Shown here: one piece after another, positions 20,437 through 30,480 of the stretch
Numbering within the stretch: position 1 is the first letter of the stretch
Layout: each line of letters starts with the position of its first letter
The notes under the pieces: model-generated
Database searches by the model: none
The model's input: only the letters and a program-made list of their open reading frames with translations
What the model was told of the DNA's origin: nothing
Translations under genes and position numbers: made by a program
Source of the DNA: Thermoplasmata archaeon
GTDB taxonomy: Archaea; Thermoplasmatota; Thermoplasmata; Thermoplasmatales; GCA-001856825
Length of the DNA: 64,000 nt
NCBI GenBank assembly: GCA_021792255.1
Contig: JAJYUZ010000002.1
Span: forward strand, 107,911-171,910
Direction: 5' to 3'

Positions 20437-21771
20437 ATGATTGTTTCCCCCCTTGATTACAGATATGGCAGGGAAGAAGTGAAGACGATTTTTTCGGAGA
20501 CGTCGAACTTGCAATATATGCTGGAAGTTGAAGCTGCCCTTGCTAAAGCCGAAGCAGAAGTCGGAATAGTGACCAAGGAGACAGCAGAGGAAATACACAA
20601 GCACGCTAATCTTAAGTACGTAAAAATTGAAGAAGTCAAAAGGATCGAAGGGGAAATAGGACACAATGTTATGGCTATGGTCAAGGTGCTCACGTCTGTA
20701 TCAGGGGAAAGTGGTAAATTTGTCCATCTAGGTGCAACATCTAATGATATCACAGACACAGCTAACGCACTTCAATTTAAGAAATTCTACTCCTACTTGA
20801 TAGATGATTTGATTAGGCTTTGCAAAGTACTATACGAAATTTCCAAGAACAACAAGTACACGGTTATGATCGGTAGGACTCATGGACAACACGCGCTACC
20901 GATCACGTTTGGACTTAAGACTTCCGTCTATCTATCGGAGGTTATGCGCCACCTCGCAAGAGTAGAAGAATCCAGAAGTAGAGTAGTTGTCGGAAAATTT
21001 ATGGGTGCGGTCGGAACTGGTGCAGCCTTGGGAAAGCAAACTATGAAAATTCAATCAATCTTGATGAGAAATCTCGGGATCGCTGAAGAAGAAGGACCTA
21101 CACAAATAGTCGACAGAGACCGGTACGTAGAATACGCTTCTGTGATCGCAAACATCGCAACATCTCTCGAAAAATTTGCGACCGAAGTGAGGAACCTGCA
21201 ACGACCAGAACTAGGCGAAGTCCAGGAACCATTCAATGAGGCTAGACAGGTAGGATCAAGTACAATGGCACAAAAAGTCAACCCCGTTACCTCTGAGAAC
21301 ATTGTTTCACTTGCAAGAATCGTAAGGGGATTCCTGATTCCTATGCACGAGTCAGCCGTACTATGGCACGAAAGGGATCTGACCAACAGTGCTTCTGAAA
21401 GGTTCATCATCCCTTACATTTCCATACTTATTGACGACATTCTTGGCAAAATGATTACTGTCTTCAAAGGGCTAAAAGTCAATTCAGAAGCGATGCTGAA
21501 GAATGTCCTAAATGATGATCTCATTCTGGGAGAGGCTTATTTAATGGCACTTGTTAACAATGGATATGGCCGGCAAGAAGCACACGAAATTGTTAGGCAG
21601 GCATCAATGGATGTAAGGAAAAAGGGAGGAGAACTGAGGGATAAAATAGAGAAAAAGACCGGTAAAAAGATAAAGAAGTTGTCTCCTCTAGATTACACGG
21701 GGAATGCAGTTGAAATAACAGAAAAGATTCTTAAGGAATGTGAAGGAGTACTGAAGCGTCACAGAACCTAG
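20437..21771 (+). CDS. purB: Adenylosuccinate lyase
   Basis: SPLDYRYG, VHLGATSNDI, GRTHGQHA.P.TFG, GSSTM..K.NP and HERDLTNS. Confidence 0.96.
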   Translation: MIVSPLDYRYGREEVKTIFSETSNLQYMLEVEAALAKAEAEVGIVTKETAEEIHKHANLKYVKIEEVKRIEGEIGHNVMAMVKVLTSVSGESGKFVHLGATSNDITDTANALQFKKFYSYLIDDLIRLCKVLYEISKNNKYTVMIGRTHGQHALPITFGLKTSVYLSEVMRHLARVEESRSRVVVGKFMGAVGTGAALGKQTMKIQSILMRNLGIAEEEGPTQIVDRDRYVEYASVIANIATSLEKFATEVRNLQRPELGEVQEPFNEARQVGSSTMAQKVNPVTSENIVSLARIVRGFLIPMHESAVLWHERDLTNSASERFIIPYISILIDDILGKMITVFKGLKVNSEAMLKNVLNDDLILGEAYLMALVNNGYGRQEAHEIVRQASMDVRKKGGELRDKIEKKTGKKIKKLSPLDYTGNAVEITEKILKECEGVLKRHRT

Positions 21772-21853
21772 GTGTCATTTCTAAAGGATCGCATATCCTG
21801 ACAACTTAAATATAGATATTTTAATCATTTGCGTACATCGAGGAAAAAGTGAT

Positions 21854-22612
21854 ATGAGTAATTGGGAACGTTTCAACACCAGGTCTGAAAATTACGATCA
21901 CTATCGACCAAGATATCCGAGCGAACTGCTAAATTTATTGAAGAAGGTAGCCGATCTGGGTCCCAGCTCAATTGTCGCAGACATTGGCTCTGGAACGGGA
22001 TTGCTGGCTGAAACAATACTCGGGTCAGGATGTAAGCTGTTCTGCATTGAACCAAATGAAGAAATGAGGAATGTTGCACTCAGAAAGTTGGGCAAGAAAT
22101 CCAACTGCTTAATTCTTGACGGAAGAGCTGAGAATACATCGCTACCAGGCAATTCCATAGAGATAATAACTGCGGGTCAAGCTTTTCACTGGTTCGAACC
22201 AAAGGAGACAAAGAGAGAATTTAAGAGGATCCTAAAGCAAGGCGGACGCGTGGTACTTGTCTGGAACACGCGTCGCAAATCTAGCGAAGGATTTAACCCT
22301 GAATACGAAAGGGTCGTGAAGCAGTATAGCAGGGAATATCACTCCAGCGGATTCGAAGCCGTAGATCTGGAAGTGATGAAAGAGTTTTATAACGGAAAAT
22401 TCGATTCCTACAGGATCAAGAATTATCAGAGGCTAAACCTTTCTGGTCTATTTGGTAGGTACCTCTCGTCTTCATACGCATTAAGCGAAACAGACCCGAC
22501 CCTTGAGAGTCTGAAAAATGGTCTGACTGAGGCATTCAACAAGAATGAAATAGACGGCCACGTCAGAATTGAATATGAAACGGAAGTCTTCGTAGGACGA
22601 GTCGACAAGTGA
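21854..22612 (+). CDS. Class I SAM-dependent methyltransferase
   Basis: Y..YRP.YP, ADIGSGTG and AGQAFHWF. Confidence 0.9.
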   Translation: MSNWERFNTRSENYDHYRPRYPSELLNLLKKVADLGPSSIVADIGSGTGLLAETILGSGCKLFCIEPNEEMRNVALRKLGKKSNCLILDGRAENTSLPGNSIEIITAGQAFHWFEPKETKREFKRILKQGGRVVLVWNTRRKSSEGFNPEYERVVKQYSREYHSSGFEAVDLEVMKEFYNGKFDSYRIKNYQRLNLSGLFGRYLSSSYALSETDPTLESLKNGLTEAFNKNEIDGHVRIEYETEVFVGRVDK

Positions 22613-22658
22613 CCCTCCACTTAACTAAAGTTTTTATTAAATCAACGGTTGCTTACGA

Positions 22659-22871
22659 GTGGAGTCGTTTGGGAGATTCTGTTTTTATAATTCGAAAGGA
22701 GATTGCAATTTTCTGAGGAACGTTTCCACAAAGTGTAACTTGTGTCCGAATTTTGTTTCGTTCAGAAAAGAGGCCTTGATGTTCTCGGAGGGCTCCAAGC
22801 TTCCAGTCACCTATTTTGACCTACCAATAAGTAGGGGCACAGGTGACCAGTTCCAGATGAGTCTAGTCTAA
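22659..22871 (+). CDS. Small Cys-rich hypothetical protein (70 aa)
   Basis: Fills the gap between two genes; TTTTTATTAAA about 20-30 nt upstream of the GTG; C-x7-C-x9-C-x2-C. Confidence 0.5.
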   Translation: MESFGRFCFYNSKGDCNFLRNVSTKCNLCPNFVSFRKEALMFSEGSKLPVTYFDLPISRGTGDQFQMSLV

Positions 22872-24334
22872 ATTATTCTCGGTATGATGAACTGCCAAAG
22901 TATCAGAAACAGTACTAGCAGACTCACTGCGGTCACAATGGCATCTCTCGCTTTCTTATTTTTCTGGAGGGAAGGAGTGTTGAGAAAAACATACCCGCCA
23001 TCCAGTGGAACGATCGGGAGAAGGTTGGTCAACCCCAAAGCGAAATTAAGCCAGAAGAGCCAGTAGAATAGGTATTCAGCGTTGAGCGTTATTGGATTGG
23101 AATAAATGGACGAGAGAAGGGCGGAAGGAAGAGGAAGCTCGAAATGGAAAGGCAAACCGATGTACTCGAAGAATCCCAGCGGACCACCTGAGGCAGGATT
23201 CTGTAAAAGACTCAGATACGAATACTGGTCGAATAGACCGAGTCCAAGCATTAAGACGTCAACTCCCATGAAAGGATAGTCCTTGGAAATACCGGGGTTG
23301 GATATTCCGGACGCTATCAGGTAAGAGTACCTGGAAGCAAATGTGATATTGTACAAGTTGAAGCTTGTCCCGTTGAAAGCCTCGACCGTAGCTGTCTGGC
23401 CAGCTTTATAACTTGCGATTGCACTTTCGAAGGCAGTGTAGTTATAAATCGTATGATTTCCCACAGAAATGATGACACTTCCTGGAGTAATTCCAGCATC
23501 ATACGCAGGATAATTCTTGATCACCGAGGAAATGTAAATTCCATACATAGTGCTTTCAGTTATGTGGTGACCATTTCGCAACAAAGATACATTCACATAA
23601 TTTCCCGGAGTCAATGAGAGATCTGATAGCGCTGTGACGTTTGAAATGGATATGCCGTCGACTGATTGTATTACGTCACCCGGCTGGAACGTTGAAGTCA
23701 TTGAAGTCTGAACAGGTGCTCCTGCGACTGGGGAAAAGGAATATGCTACCAGAATTGAAAGAACAAGGAAAATCACGGTAAGGGTGATATTCATTCCCGG
23801 TCCAGCAGCAAAAATCTTGCCCCTCACTCTTGGATCTGCCTTCTTTGATTCTTCTTCATCAGGTTCAACAAAGGCGCCTATCGGAATGATAAGCCACAAC
23901 AATCCGGTGCTCCTGACTGGAATCCCAAACCTACGGGCAGCTATTCCGTGGGATGCCTCGTGTAACGCAACGGCAACTATTAGTCCTACTATTCCAAAAC
24001 CTACTGGGATCGCAGGATTGATGCCCGGAAGTGCGAGCACGTAAGAAAGGGAAGGTGCTGAACTCTTCGGAATTGACAGTACAAGGAATGCCTCATATAT
24101 TAGCAGGATGACTGTCGCTACTGCTAGGAATGGCATCGCATAGTAAAAGAATGAAATAAAATAATCCCAAAACTTGTATTTCGATACTCTCTCAATGGTC
24201 TTGACTCCTGCCTGAGTCTTGATCAAAAGGGCAGGTCCATATGGAGCTACGTACCCCTTGAGTTTGGTAATTGCCAGATAGAATACGCCTATCCAGGCAA
24301 CAATTAGGATAGATATAATCAGGAGCCAGTTCAC
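22868..24334 (-). CDS. Site-2 protease (M50) with PDZ domains
   Basis: HEASH, GAFVEPD, AAGP..N and NLLPIVPLDGG; two PDZ-like segments. Confidence 0.93.
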   Translation of the reverse strand: MNWLLIISILIVAWIGVFYLAITKLKGYVAPYGPALLIKTQAGVKTIERVSKYKFWDYFISFFYYAMPFLAVATVILLIYEAFLVLSIPKSSAPSLSYVLALPGINPAIPVGFGIVGLIVAVALHEASHGIAARRFGIPVRSTGLLWLIIPIGAFVEPDEEESKKADPRVRGKIFAAGPGMNITLTVIFLVLSILVAYSFSPVAGAPVQTSMTSTFQPGDVIQSVDGISISNVTALSDLSLTPGNYVNVSLLRNGHHITESTMYGIYISSVIKNYPAYDAGITPGSVIISVGNHTIYNYTAFESAIASYKAGQTATVEAFNGTSFNLYNITFASRYSYLIASGISNPGISKDYPFMGVDVLMLGLGLFDQYSYLSLLQNPASGGPLGFFEYIGLPFHFELPLPSALLSSIYSNPITLNAEYLFYWLFWLNFALGLTNLLPIVPLDGGYVFLNTPSLQKNKKARDAIVTAVSLLVLFLILWQFIIPRII

Positions 24335-24587
24335 AACTCGCCATCGGAACTACTCTAATAATCATTTCTTTGTAAGTGACTCTGGCACTCCATAACTCAT
24401 TAAAGATATCCCTAAAGTCATCAAACAGACTCTGTCTGTTGCAAAGCAGAATCTCATCACATAAAGTCGGATGATGGAGTTTCGCATGCCTATTGCGGGT
24501 CGACTCTAGAGTCAAGACTAAACAAGAGTAATTCAATTATCTGTAGCGACTTCTATAAAGATAAATACCGTTCATCATTACGGAAGC

Positions 24588-25013
24588 ATGCAGGCAAAGG
24601 TAGAATGGGTAAAGGATTTGACATTCCTTGCTTCTGGCGATTCGAGTCGCTATACAATACTAGATCATTCAGAAAATAGGGAATTGCAGAAAGGAAGCTC
24701 ACCTACAGAGCTGCTGCTGCAGGCGTTGTGTGGGTGCACTGCGATGGATGTTATTTCCATTTTGCAAAAGAAGAAAGAACCAGTCAAGGGGTTCGAAGTC
24801 AAGGCCGAAGGAACTAGGGCGACAGAACATCCGAAGGTATTCACAGACATTAATCTCGAGTACATTGCCTACGGGGACGTAAGGAAGGAGAGCCTGGAAC
24901 GGGCCATCACTCTCAGTCAGGAGAAATATTGCAACATCTCTATCACCTTGAAACGAGCCGGCGTGAGGGTGAACATCTCGAGTAGAGTAGTAGAAGACCA
25001 TAACTCACAGTAG
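24588..25013 (+). CDS. OsmC/YhfA family protein
   Basis: SPTELLL.AL.GCTAMDV, HPKVFT.I and S.EKYC. Confidence 0.92.
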   Translation: MQAKVEWVKDLTFLASGDSSRYTILDHSENRELQKGSSPTELLLQALCGCTAMDVISILQKKKEPVKGFEVKAEGTRATEHPKVFTDINLEYIAYGDVRKESLERAITLSQEKYCNISITLKRAGVRVNISSRVVEDHNSQ

Positions 25014-25397
25014 GACAGTAGTCAACGAGGTCGGGAAATCAGAAATATATTACAAAATATCTTCCTGAGATTTAGTAAGAAATTCTGTCCCTATAGTTTT
25101 CCAAGCTCATTCCTTTATCCTCAATTTCCAAGGATAATGATTTCAATCTTCAGATCGCTTCTCTTCGTTTAACCTCATCGCGGAACGCTAACAGTATCAA
25201 GCCCATTAGGTCCTATTTTTCCACTCATTACAAAATACCAAAGCTATGCCATGGTTTAGTCATAGCACAACAAAATATGAGCACATTCTAGCCGTTCATG
25301 ATGACGACAACGCTCGCTCAGAATTTCTAAGAAACGGCCGTTAAAAAGAGCTACCAACATATATATATAAAGCACAATCTTTAACCTGAGATAATAA

Positions 25398-25784
25398 ATG
25401 ACTTGGCAGGATCAAGAGGTCAGAGAACTAAAGGAAAACAAATACATATTGATAGACGAAGAACCATGCAAGATCGTTGAAATTACTACTTCAAAACCAG
25501 GAAAGCACGGTGAGGCTAAGGCGAGAATCGTAGCCATTGGAATTTTTGATGGACAGAAGAGGAGCGTCGTTTATCCTACCAAACACAAGGTCAAGGTTCC
25601 CATAATCGAAAAGAAGGCAGCCCAAATCTTAAGCATCTCTCAGAGCGAAGGACTCTTCATGGATATGGAGACGTTTGAGCAGTTCAACATATCGATACCC
25701 GATGAGTTTAAAGACAGAGCGAAGAGTGGAGTGGAAGTCGAATACTGGGAATCGATGGGAAAGAGAAAATTGATGCGAGTCTAA
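25398..25784 (+). CDS. eif5a: Translation factor aIF-5A
   Basis: Hypusine motif [12 protein letters not shown]. Confidence 0.97.
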   Translation: MTWQDQEVRELKENKYILIDEEPCKIVEITTSKPGKHGEAKARIVAIGIFDGQKRSVVYPTKHKVKVPIIEKKAAQILSISQSEGLFMDMETFEQFNISIPDEFKDRAKSGVEVEYWESMGKRKLMRV

Positions 25785-26624
25785 ATGCCTTCTCCCCTCA
25801 AATTCTGCGATTCCTCTGACAGTTATGAAGATTCAAAGTACATAATTTTTGGCGTCCCTTTTGATTCTACGGTCTCGTTTAGATCTGGGGAAAAGTTCGC
25901 ACCTAATGAAATAAGAAAGGCATCCTACAATATGGAAAGTTATTCTCTGTACAGAGGGATCGATCTAAGGGATGCTGGTATTTTTGATATGGGTGATATC
26001 GAGGAGTATCACGATTCAGAAGAGATGCTTGAGAACGTATATTCTGTCGTGGATAAGGTGTTATCAGATCATAAGTTCCCAATAATGATAGGTGGAGAGC
26101 ACAGTATCACATATGGTGCTATGAAAAGAATCAAAAGCAAAGTCATATTTATTGACGCCCATACGGACTACAGAGACTCTTACCTAGGAAACAAATTTTC
26201 TCACGCGTGTGTCGCCAGAAGAGTCAGCGAAATTGTGGGTAAGGAAAACATGGTTTCAATCGGGGTGCGTTCTGTCTCTAAAGAGGAGATGGAGGCGGGT
26301 CCTCAGAAGTATTTCACTAGTTTCGAAGTCAGTGAGGGTAATGAGAAGTTGAAATCCTACTTGAAGAAATTCTGCGACTCTCCGGTATATTTATCTATTG
26401 ATTTTGACGGGTTCGATCCTGCATATGCTCCCGGCGTAGGAACCCCAGAGCCGTTCGGTCTGAATCCGGTAATAATGATAGACATTCTAAATTCGATCGG
26501 GAACAATCTTGTGGGATTGGATATAAATGAAATATCTCCCACTTTTGACAACGGTAACACGAGCATGCTTGCTGCACGAATGATTCAAGAAGTCGTATCA
26601 TATTTAGAAACGCAGAGCAGATGA
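25785..26624 (+). CDS. speB: Agmatinase
   Basis: GGEHSIT, DAHTD, SHAC, SIDFDGFDP.YAPGVGTPEP.G; follows eIF5A. Confidence 0.93.
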   Translation: MPSPLKFCDSSDSYEDSKYIIFGVPFDSTVSFRSGEKFAPNEIRKASYNMESYSLYRGIDLRDAGIFDMGDIEEYHDSEEMLENVYSVVDKVLSDHKFPIMIGGEHSITYGAMKRIKSKVIFIDAHTDYRDSYLGNKFSHACVARRVSEIVGKENMVSIGVRSVSKEEMEAGPQKYFTSFEVSEGNEKLKSYLKKFCDSPVYLSIDFDGFDPAYAPGVGTPEPFGLNPVIMIDILNSIGNNLVGLDINEISPTFDNGNTSMLAARMIQEVVSYLETQSR

Positions 26625-27220
26625 GCGACAACAAGGTCTATAAAGAAGGATATAGGGATGGAATAAAATTCGCACTTTTAGCAGCAAGGACGTACGGTGT
26701 CAGCGATGAATTTATAAAGCGCATGGAGAGAGAATATTTCGGCGAAGATGATGAAACGGCGGTTAAACTGGTCTACGGAGAGACATATCTCATCTATGAA
26801 AAAAGAAATTTGAAAGGAATGGAAATCATTTCCGGCGTCGCTGCCCAAGGCTTTCCCGCTATAGTGATGAGCAGGGACACGAAGAGCTCCCTCAAATCGT
26901 TCAAGAATGTGAAACTTGCAGCCATTACTTACGACGAAGCGCTGGGTGGGTTTAATCCGACGCAGTTAAGCCAGATGCAGGAATACGTGATAAGCAATTT
27001 GACGGAGAAAGGAGTCTTGTACATAGACTGTATAGATTATATTTTTTCAACTTCCACTTCGGTTCAAAATGTGATAAAGTTCCTTACGGTCCTTAAGGAC
27101 AAAGTCCTTGACAAGACCGGGATTTTCATACTGTCTCTAAACAAGGATGCGATCGGCAAGGCTGAGCTATCGATGATAGAAAAAGAATTCAAGAATACAA
27201 TAAAGATTAAGACTGACTAG
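26621..27220 (+). CDS. DUF835-like (degenerate RecA/KaiC-fold) protein
   Basis: NPTQL, VLYIDCIDYI, KFL..LKD and ELSMIEKE pattern; ATGA overlap with speB. Confidence 0.65.
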   Translation: MSDNKVYKEGYRDGIKFALLAARTYGVSDEFIKRMEREYFGEDDETAVKLVYGETYLIYEKRNLKGMEIISGVAAQGFPAIVMSRDTKSSLKSFKNVKLAAITYDEALGGFNPTQLSQMQEYVISNLTEKGVLYIDCIDYIFSTSTSVQNVIKFLTVLKDKVLDKTGIFILSLNKDAIGKAELSMIEKEFKNTIKIKTD

Positions 27221-27722
27221 TCAGTGATATAGTATCAACTCTAGATGGGGTGGGAATCTTGTGGGATGCCTTTCTCAGCGCTTCCTTTGCCTTGTATTCT
27301 CCTGTCTTAGGAATTCTGACGATTAAGATTGTCGATCCTCTCTTTACTCTGGCAGCCGTACCAACAGGCCTTCCAAATGACATGCTCATTCCACTCGATA
27401 TTCTGTCCGCTCCAGCTCCGGTAGCCATTTTATGCTCCCTTATGACGTGGTGAGGGAACGGTCTTACTCTCATAAAATAGCCATTTTCTCCAAAATCCTT
27501 CATTAATTGTCTGTTCGATGAAATTCTTGCAGCTTCGAGAGCCGTATGTCTAATCTGACAGGACTCTTCTGCTACGAGTCTCAGCTCTATATCGTAATTT
27601 CCATTGACGTTGCCAGCTACAAACTGCTGTATCCTAGATGCTGGTACTCCACCCATGTACGCCCTTTTTGTATAAGCGGGTCCTGTAATTTTCCTGTACA
27701 TCCTTCCCGGCTTTCTTACCAT
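27207..27722 (-). CDS. rpl10e: 50S ribosomal protein L10e (uL16)
   Basis: QIRHTALEAARI and REHKMATGAGADRIS.GM..SFGRP.G.AARV. Confidence 0.97.
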   Translation of the reverse strand: MVRKPGRMYRKITGPAYTKRAYMGGVPASRIQQFVAGNVNGNYDIELRLVAEESCQIRHTALEAARISSNRQLMKDFGENGYFMRVRPFPHHVIREHKMATGAGADRISSGMSMSFGRPVGTAARVKRGSTILIVRIPKTGEYKAKEALRKASHKIPTPSRVDTISLTSQS

Positions 27723-27819
27723 TTATACTTCCCTTGAGGAAAATGATTTGAAATATAAAATCCTTCTCAGTTTAATCCGAGAAAGGTTATTTATCTGTAT
27801 ACTATGATTACCGAAGGAA

Positions 27820-28773
27820 ATGGACGAAATCTGGATCGAGAAATATAGGCCTAAGAAGCTTGATCAGGTAGTTGGGCAAACAGTGGTCGTAGAGAGACTC
27901 AAGAGCTATGTTCAGCAGAAGAACATTCCGCACCTCCTCTTTTCAGGGCCTCCAGGTACGGGAAAGACAACCGCTGCTACCGTGTTGGCTAGGGAATTCT
28001 ATGGAGAAGAATGGAAAGAAAATTTTCTGGAACTGAATGCATCGGACGACAGAGGGATAAAGATGGTAAGGGAAACGGTAAAAGGCTATTCCAGAATTCT
28101 TCCGACAAATCCTCTAGGGTTCAAAATTCTTTTTCTAGACGAAGCAGATTATATGACCGACGAAGCTCAGGCCGCTCTAAGAAGAACCATGGAGAATTTC
28201 ACCAGAACTACTCGTTTCATCATTTCGTGCAACTATTCTTCAAAGATTATTGAACCCATCCAGTCAAGGACTGCCATTTTCAGATTCAAAGCAATTCCAA
28301 CGGAATCGATGGTGTCGGCCCTTTCCGAAATACTTAAAAAAGAAGGGGTTGAATATGAGAAAAAGTCTCTGGATGTAATCGCGGAGCTTGCGTACGGAGA
28401 TATGAGAAAGGCGATAAACACCCTTCAAGTCGCAGCTACATACGCGCAAAAGATCACCGTTAATTCTATCTACGAAGCCGCCGGACTGGTCCATAAGGAC
28501 TGGGCAGTTCAGGTCTTATCACTCGCACTTAAGGGAGAAATTTCAAAGGCAAAAGCAATGCTTGAAGATGCTGTTATCAAGCAAGGAATATCGGGGCAAG
28601 ATGTAGTCGAACAATTCCACCGAGTCGTCTATGATCTCCCGGTGGAAGAAGGGCTAAAAGCGGACATTCTCTATGTGCTGGGGGATATAGACTTCAGGAT
28701 ATCGGAAGGTGCTAGAGAAATAATACAACTAGAGAGTTTTCTTGGATATTTGTACAGTAGGGGCATGAAATAA
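27820..28773 (+). CDS. rfcS: Replication factor C small subunit (no intein)
   Basis: WIEKYRP, GPPGTGKT, ELNASDDRGI, LDEAD and AQAALRR.ME. Confidence 0.97.
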   Translation: MDEIWIEKYRPKKLDQVVGQTVVVERLKSYVQQKNIPHLLFSGPPGTGKTTAATVLAREFYGEEWKENFLELNASDDRGIKMVRETVKGYSRILPTNPLGFKILFLDEADYMTDEAQAALRRTMENFTRTTRFIISCNYSSKIIEPIQSRTAIFRFKAIPTESMVSALSEILKKEGVEYEKKSLDVIAELAYGDMRKAINTLQVAATYAQKITVNSIYEAAGLVHKDWAVQVLSLALKGEISKAKAMLEDAVIKQGISGQDVVEQFHRVVYDLPVEEGLKADILYVLGDIDFRISEGAREIIQLESFLGYLYSRGMK

Positions 28774-28785
28774 GGAGTTGGTGTC

Positions 28786-29283
28786 ACGGCAAACGGAACG
28801 GTTTATGAAAGAGAATTGAAGCTCATTCTCGAGGGAAATGAGGAGAAGCTAGGAAAGGTTGGTTGGATGGCAGAGGATATCAAGAGTAGAATAAAATCAA
28901 AGCCATTTCTAGTTGTAAGAGCTGCTGGAAGCCATGGATTTGACTTAATAATCATTAGAAATGATCTAAGTATCCCTATTGAGATTAAGAGTTCCAAAGA
29001 GAGAACACTGAATTTCTCTTCTTCATCTAACAGGTCACAGGAGCAGGCGAAAGAGTATGAGAGGATGATTTCCAAGACAGGGGTAATGCCATTGTATGCT
29101 TATAGGCTCAAGAATGTTAATGGTGACCCTTGGAGAATTTTTACTTTTGATTTCCAATACGAAGGTAGATACCGAATGTTTGCAAAGAATGTTCCAAAAT
29201 TGGAAGTGACAAGAGGGGGGGCATATTTGATGAAATGGGAAAATGGCCTAAAGCTGACCTCTCTTCTAGATTATCTGTTCTGA
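28786..29283 (+). CDS. hjc: Holliday junction resolvase Hjc (start uncertain, probably non-canonical ACG at 28786)
   Basis: G..YERELK (upstream of the track start 28816), VVRAAGS.G.DL and IEIKSS PD-(D/E)xK motifs. Confidence 0.85.
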   Translation, partial: TANGTVYERELKLILEGNEEKLGKVGWMAEDIKSRIKSKPFLVVRAAGSHGFDLIIIRNDLSIPIEIKSSKERTLNFSSSSNRSQEQAKEYERMISKTGVMPLYAYRLKNVNGDPWRIFTFDFQYEGRYRMFAKNVPKLEVTRGGAYLMKWENGLKLTSLLDYLF

Positions 29284-29294
29284 TTCCAGCTTGC

Positions 29295-29684
29295 CTAGAC
29301 AGTCGCTACCAGCATCTTTTCCTTCTGGATTCCCCGTGGAAAATCTATTCCCCTTTCTATTCTTTTGTATTCAATGCTGGAGGGAGTCAGTTTTCCAAGA
29401 ATGTATTCGAGAGCAGACTCAGCATTTTCTGTTGGACCACATGTAAAGATATCTAGTGCTACGAGACCGTGCTCAGGCCACGTATGAAAGCTGAGATGAG
29501 ACTCCGCAAGAAGTATGATTCCGCTAACCCCACTTGGCGAAAACTGGTGATAATAGGACCTAATCTTTGTGAGCTTTCCGTACTTCACGGCAGATTCCAT
29601 GACATCTTCCATAGCATCTACTTTCGAAATCTTCTCTGGCTCAACTCCCTTAAGATCCCCAACAAGATGAATTCCTATAGACAC
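29295..29684 (-). CDS. speH: S-adenosylmethionine decarboxylase proenzyme (pyruvoyl-dependent)
   Basis: HQF.P.GVSG...LAESHLSFHTWPE and DIFTCG. Confidence 0.92.
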   Translation of the reverse strand: MSIGIHLVGDLKGVEPEKISKVDAMEDVMESAVKYGKLTKIRSYYHQFSPSGVSGIILLAESHLSFHTWPEHGLVALDIFTCGPTENAESALEYILGKLTPSSIEYKRIERGIDFPRGIQKEKMLVATV

Positions 29685-30057
29685 CTAACCTTCACCGATT
29701 GGTCTGAAGAAATACCTCTATTTAAAGTTTGATTTTTGAACAGTAAAGGAATTACCAATAATATGCTATTAATATGAATTACATCTAATTAATTGTCAAT
29801 ATTCAGAATTGAAATTTGAATTATCGACCTTTTTAGATTTTGAAATGAGTATAAATTCAAAGAATGTCATCCGCTAGTATTTCCTACCGACTAATAAAAT
29901 TCGTATATGTGTGGAAAAGCAGAGTTTGATTCTATATTCTTTGGAGAATACGAATGTCGAAAAAGCTCATTCTTTATAAAGGTCAAGGGAAAAGGTTATT
30001 AGGCACATTAATCTGAAGGTGCTGAGCGAATAGCTCTAGACAAAGGATTGGTAGTAT

Positions 30058-30480
30058 ATGGACGAATTTACAAAAGTGAAGGATCTCAACCAGGGATCCA
30101 AGAGAGTGACTGTTTTGGCAAAGGTCGTGAATGTGGGCGAAGCAAAAGACATACAGACAAGATACGGAGAACAGAAGAAAGTAACCGAAGCAGTCCTAGG
30201 GGACGAGACTGGAAAAGTGACTATGTCACTCTGGAATGAGCAAGCAAGCCAAGTAGAAAACGGCGACAGCGTCGTCGTTGAAAATGGGTATGTAAGCTTT
30301 GTCAGGGGACACATGAGACTCAATGTTGGGAAGTACGGTGCAATAAAGAAATCCGAGACAGCCATTGAATCTGTAAATGAATCTCTTGACATGAGTGAGA
30401 AAGAGTATCAACCAGATGAGGTTGATAGAAGACCCAGGAGAAGCTTTAACAACAACAGGAATTTCAGAAACAGATTCTAG
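30058..30480 (+). CDS. ssb: Single-OB-fold single-stranded DNA-binding protein
   Basis: VKDL, GDETG.V..SLW, NGY..F.G..RLNVGKYG; R/N-rich tail. Confidence 0.9.
   Translation: MDEFTKVKDLNQGSKRVTVLAKVVNVGEAKDIQTRYGEQKKVTEAVLGDETGKVTMSLWNEQASQVENGDSVVVENGYVSFVRGHMRLNVGKYGAIKKSETAIESVNESLDMSEKEYQPDEVDRRPRRSFNNNRNFRNRF

Noticed and set aside
24468-24490. GATGGAGTTTCGC resembling the 5' part of a fluoride riboswitch
   Set aside because: Pairing and the 3' GCTRATGAC element are missing, and no crcB/eriC gene lies downstream.
25072-25206. Minus-strand 44-codon frame with an in-frame TGA (MGLILLAFRDEVKRREAI*RLKSLSLEIEDKGMSLENYRDRISY), possible recoding
   Set aside because: No redox motif, SECIS or Sec machinery visible; more likely chance or a decayed gene fragment.
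29685-30057. AT-rich 370-bp spacer as a replication origin
   Set aside because: No ORB repeats and no cdc6/orc1 nearby; explained by divergent speH and ssb promoters.
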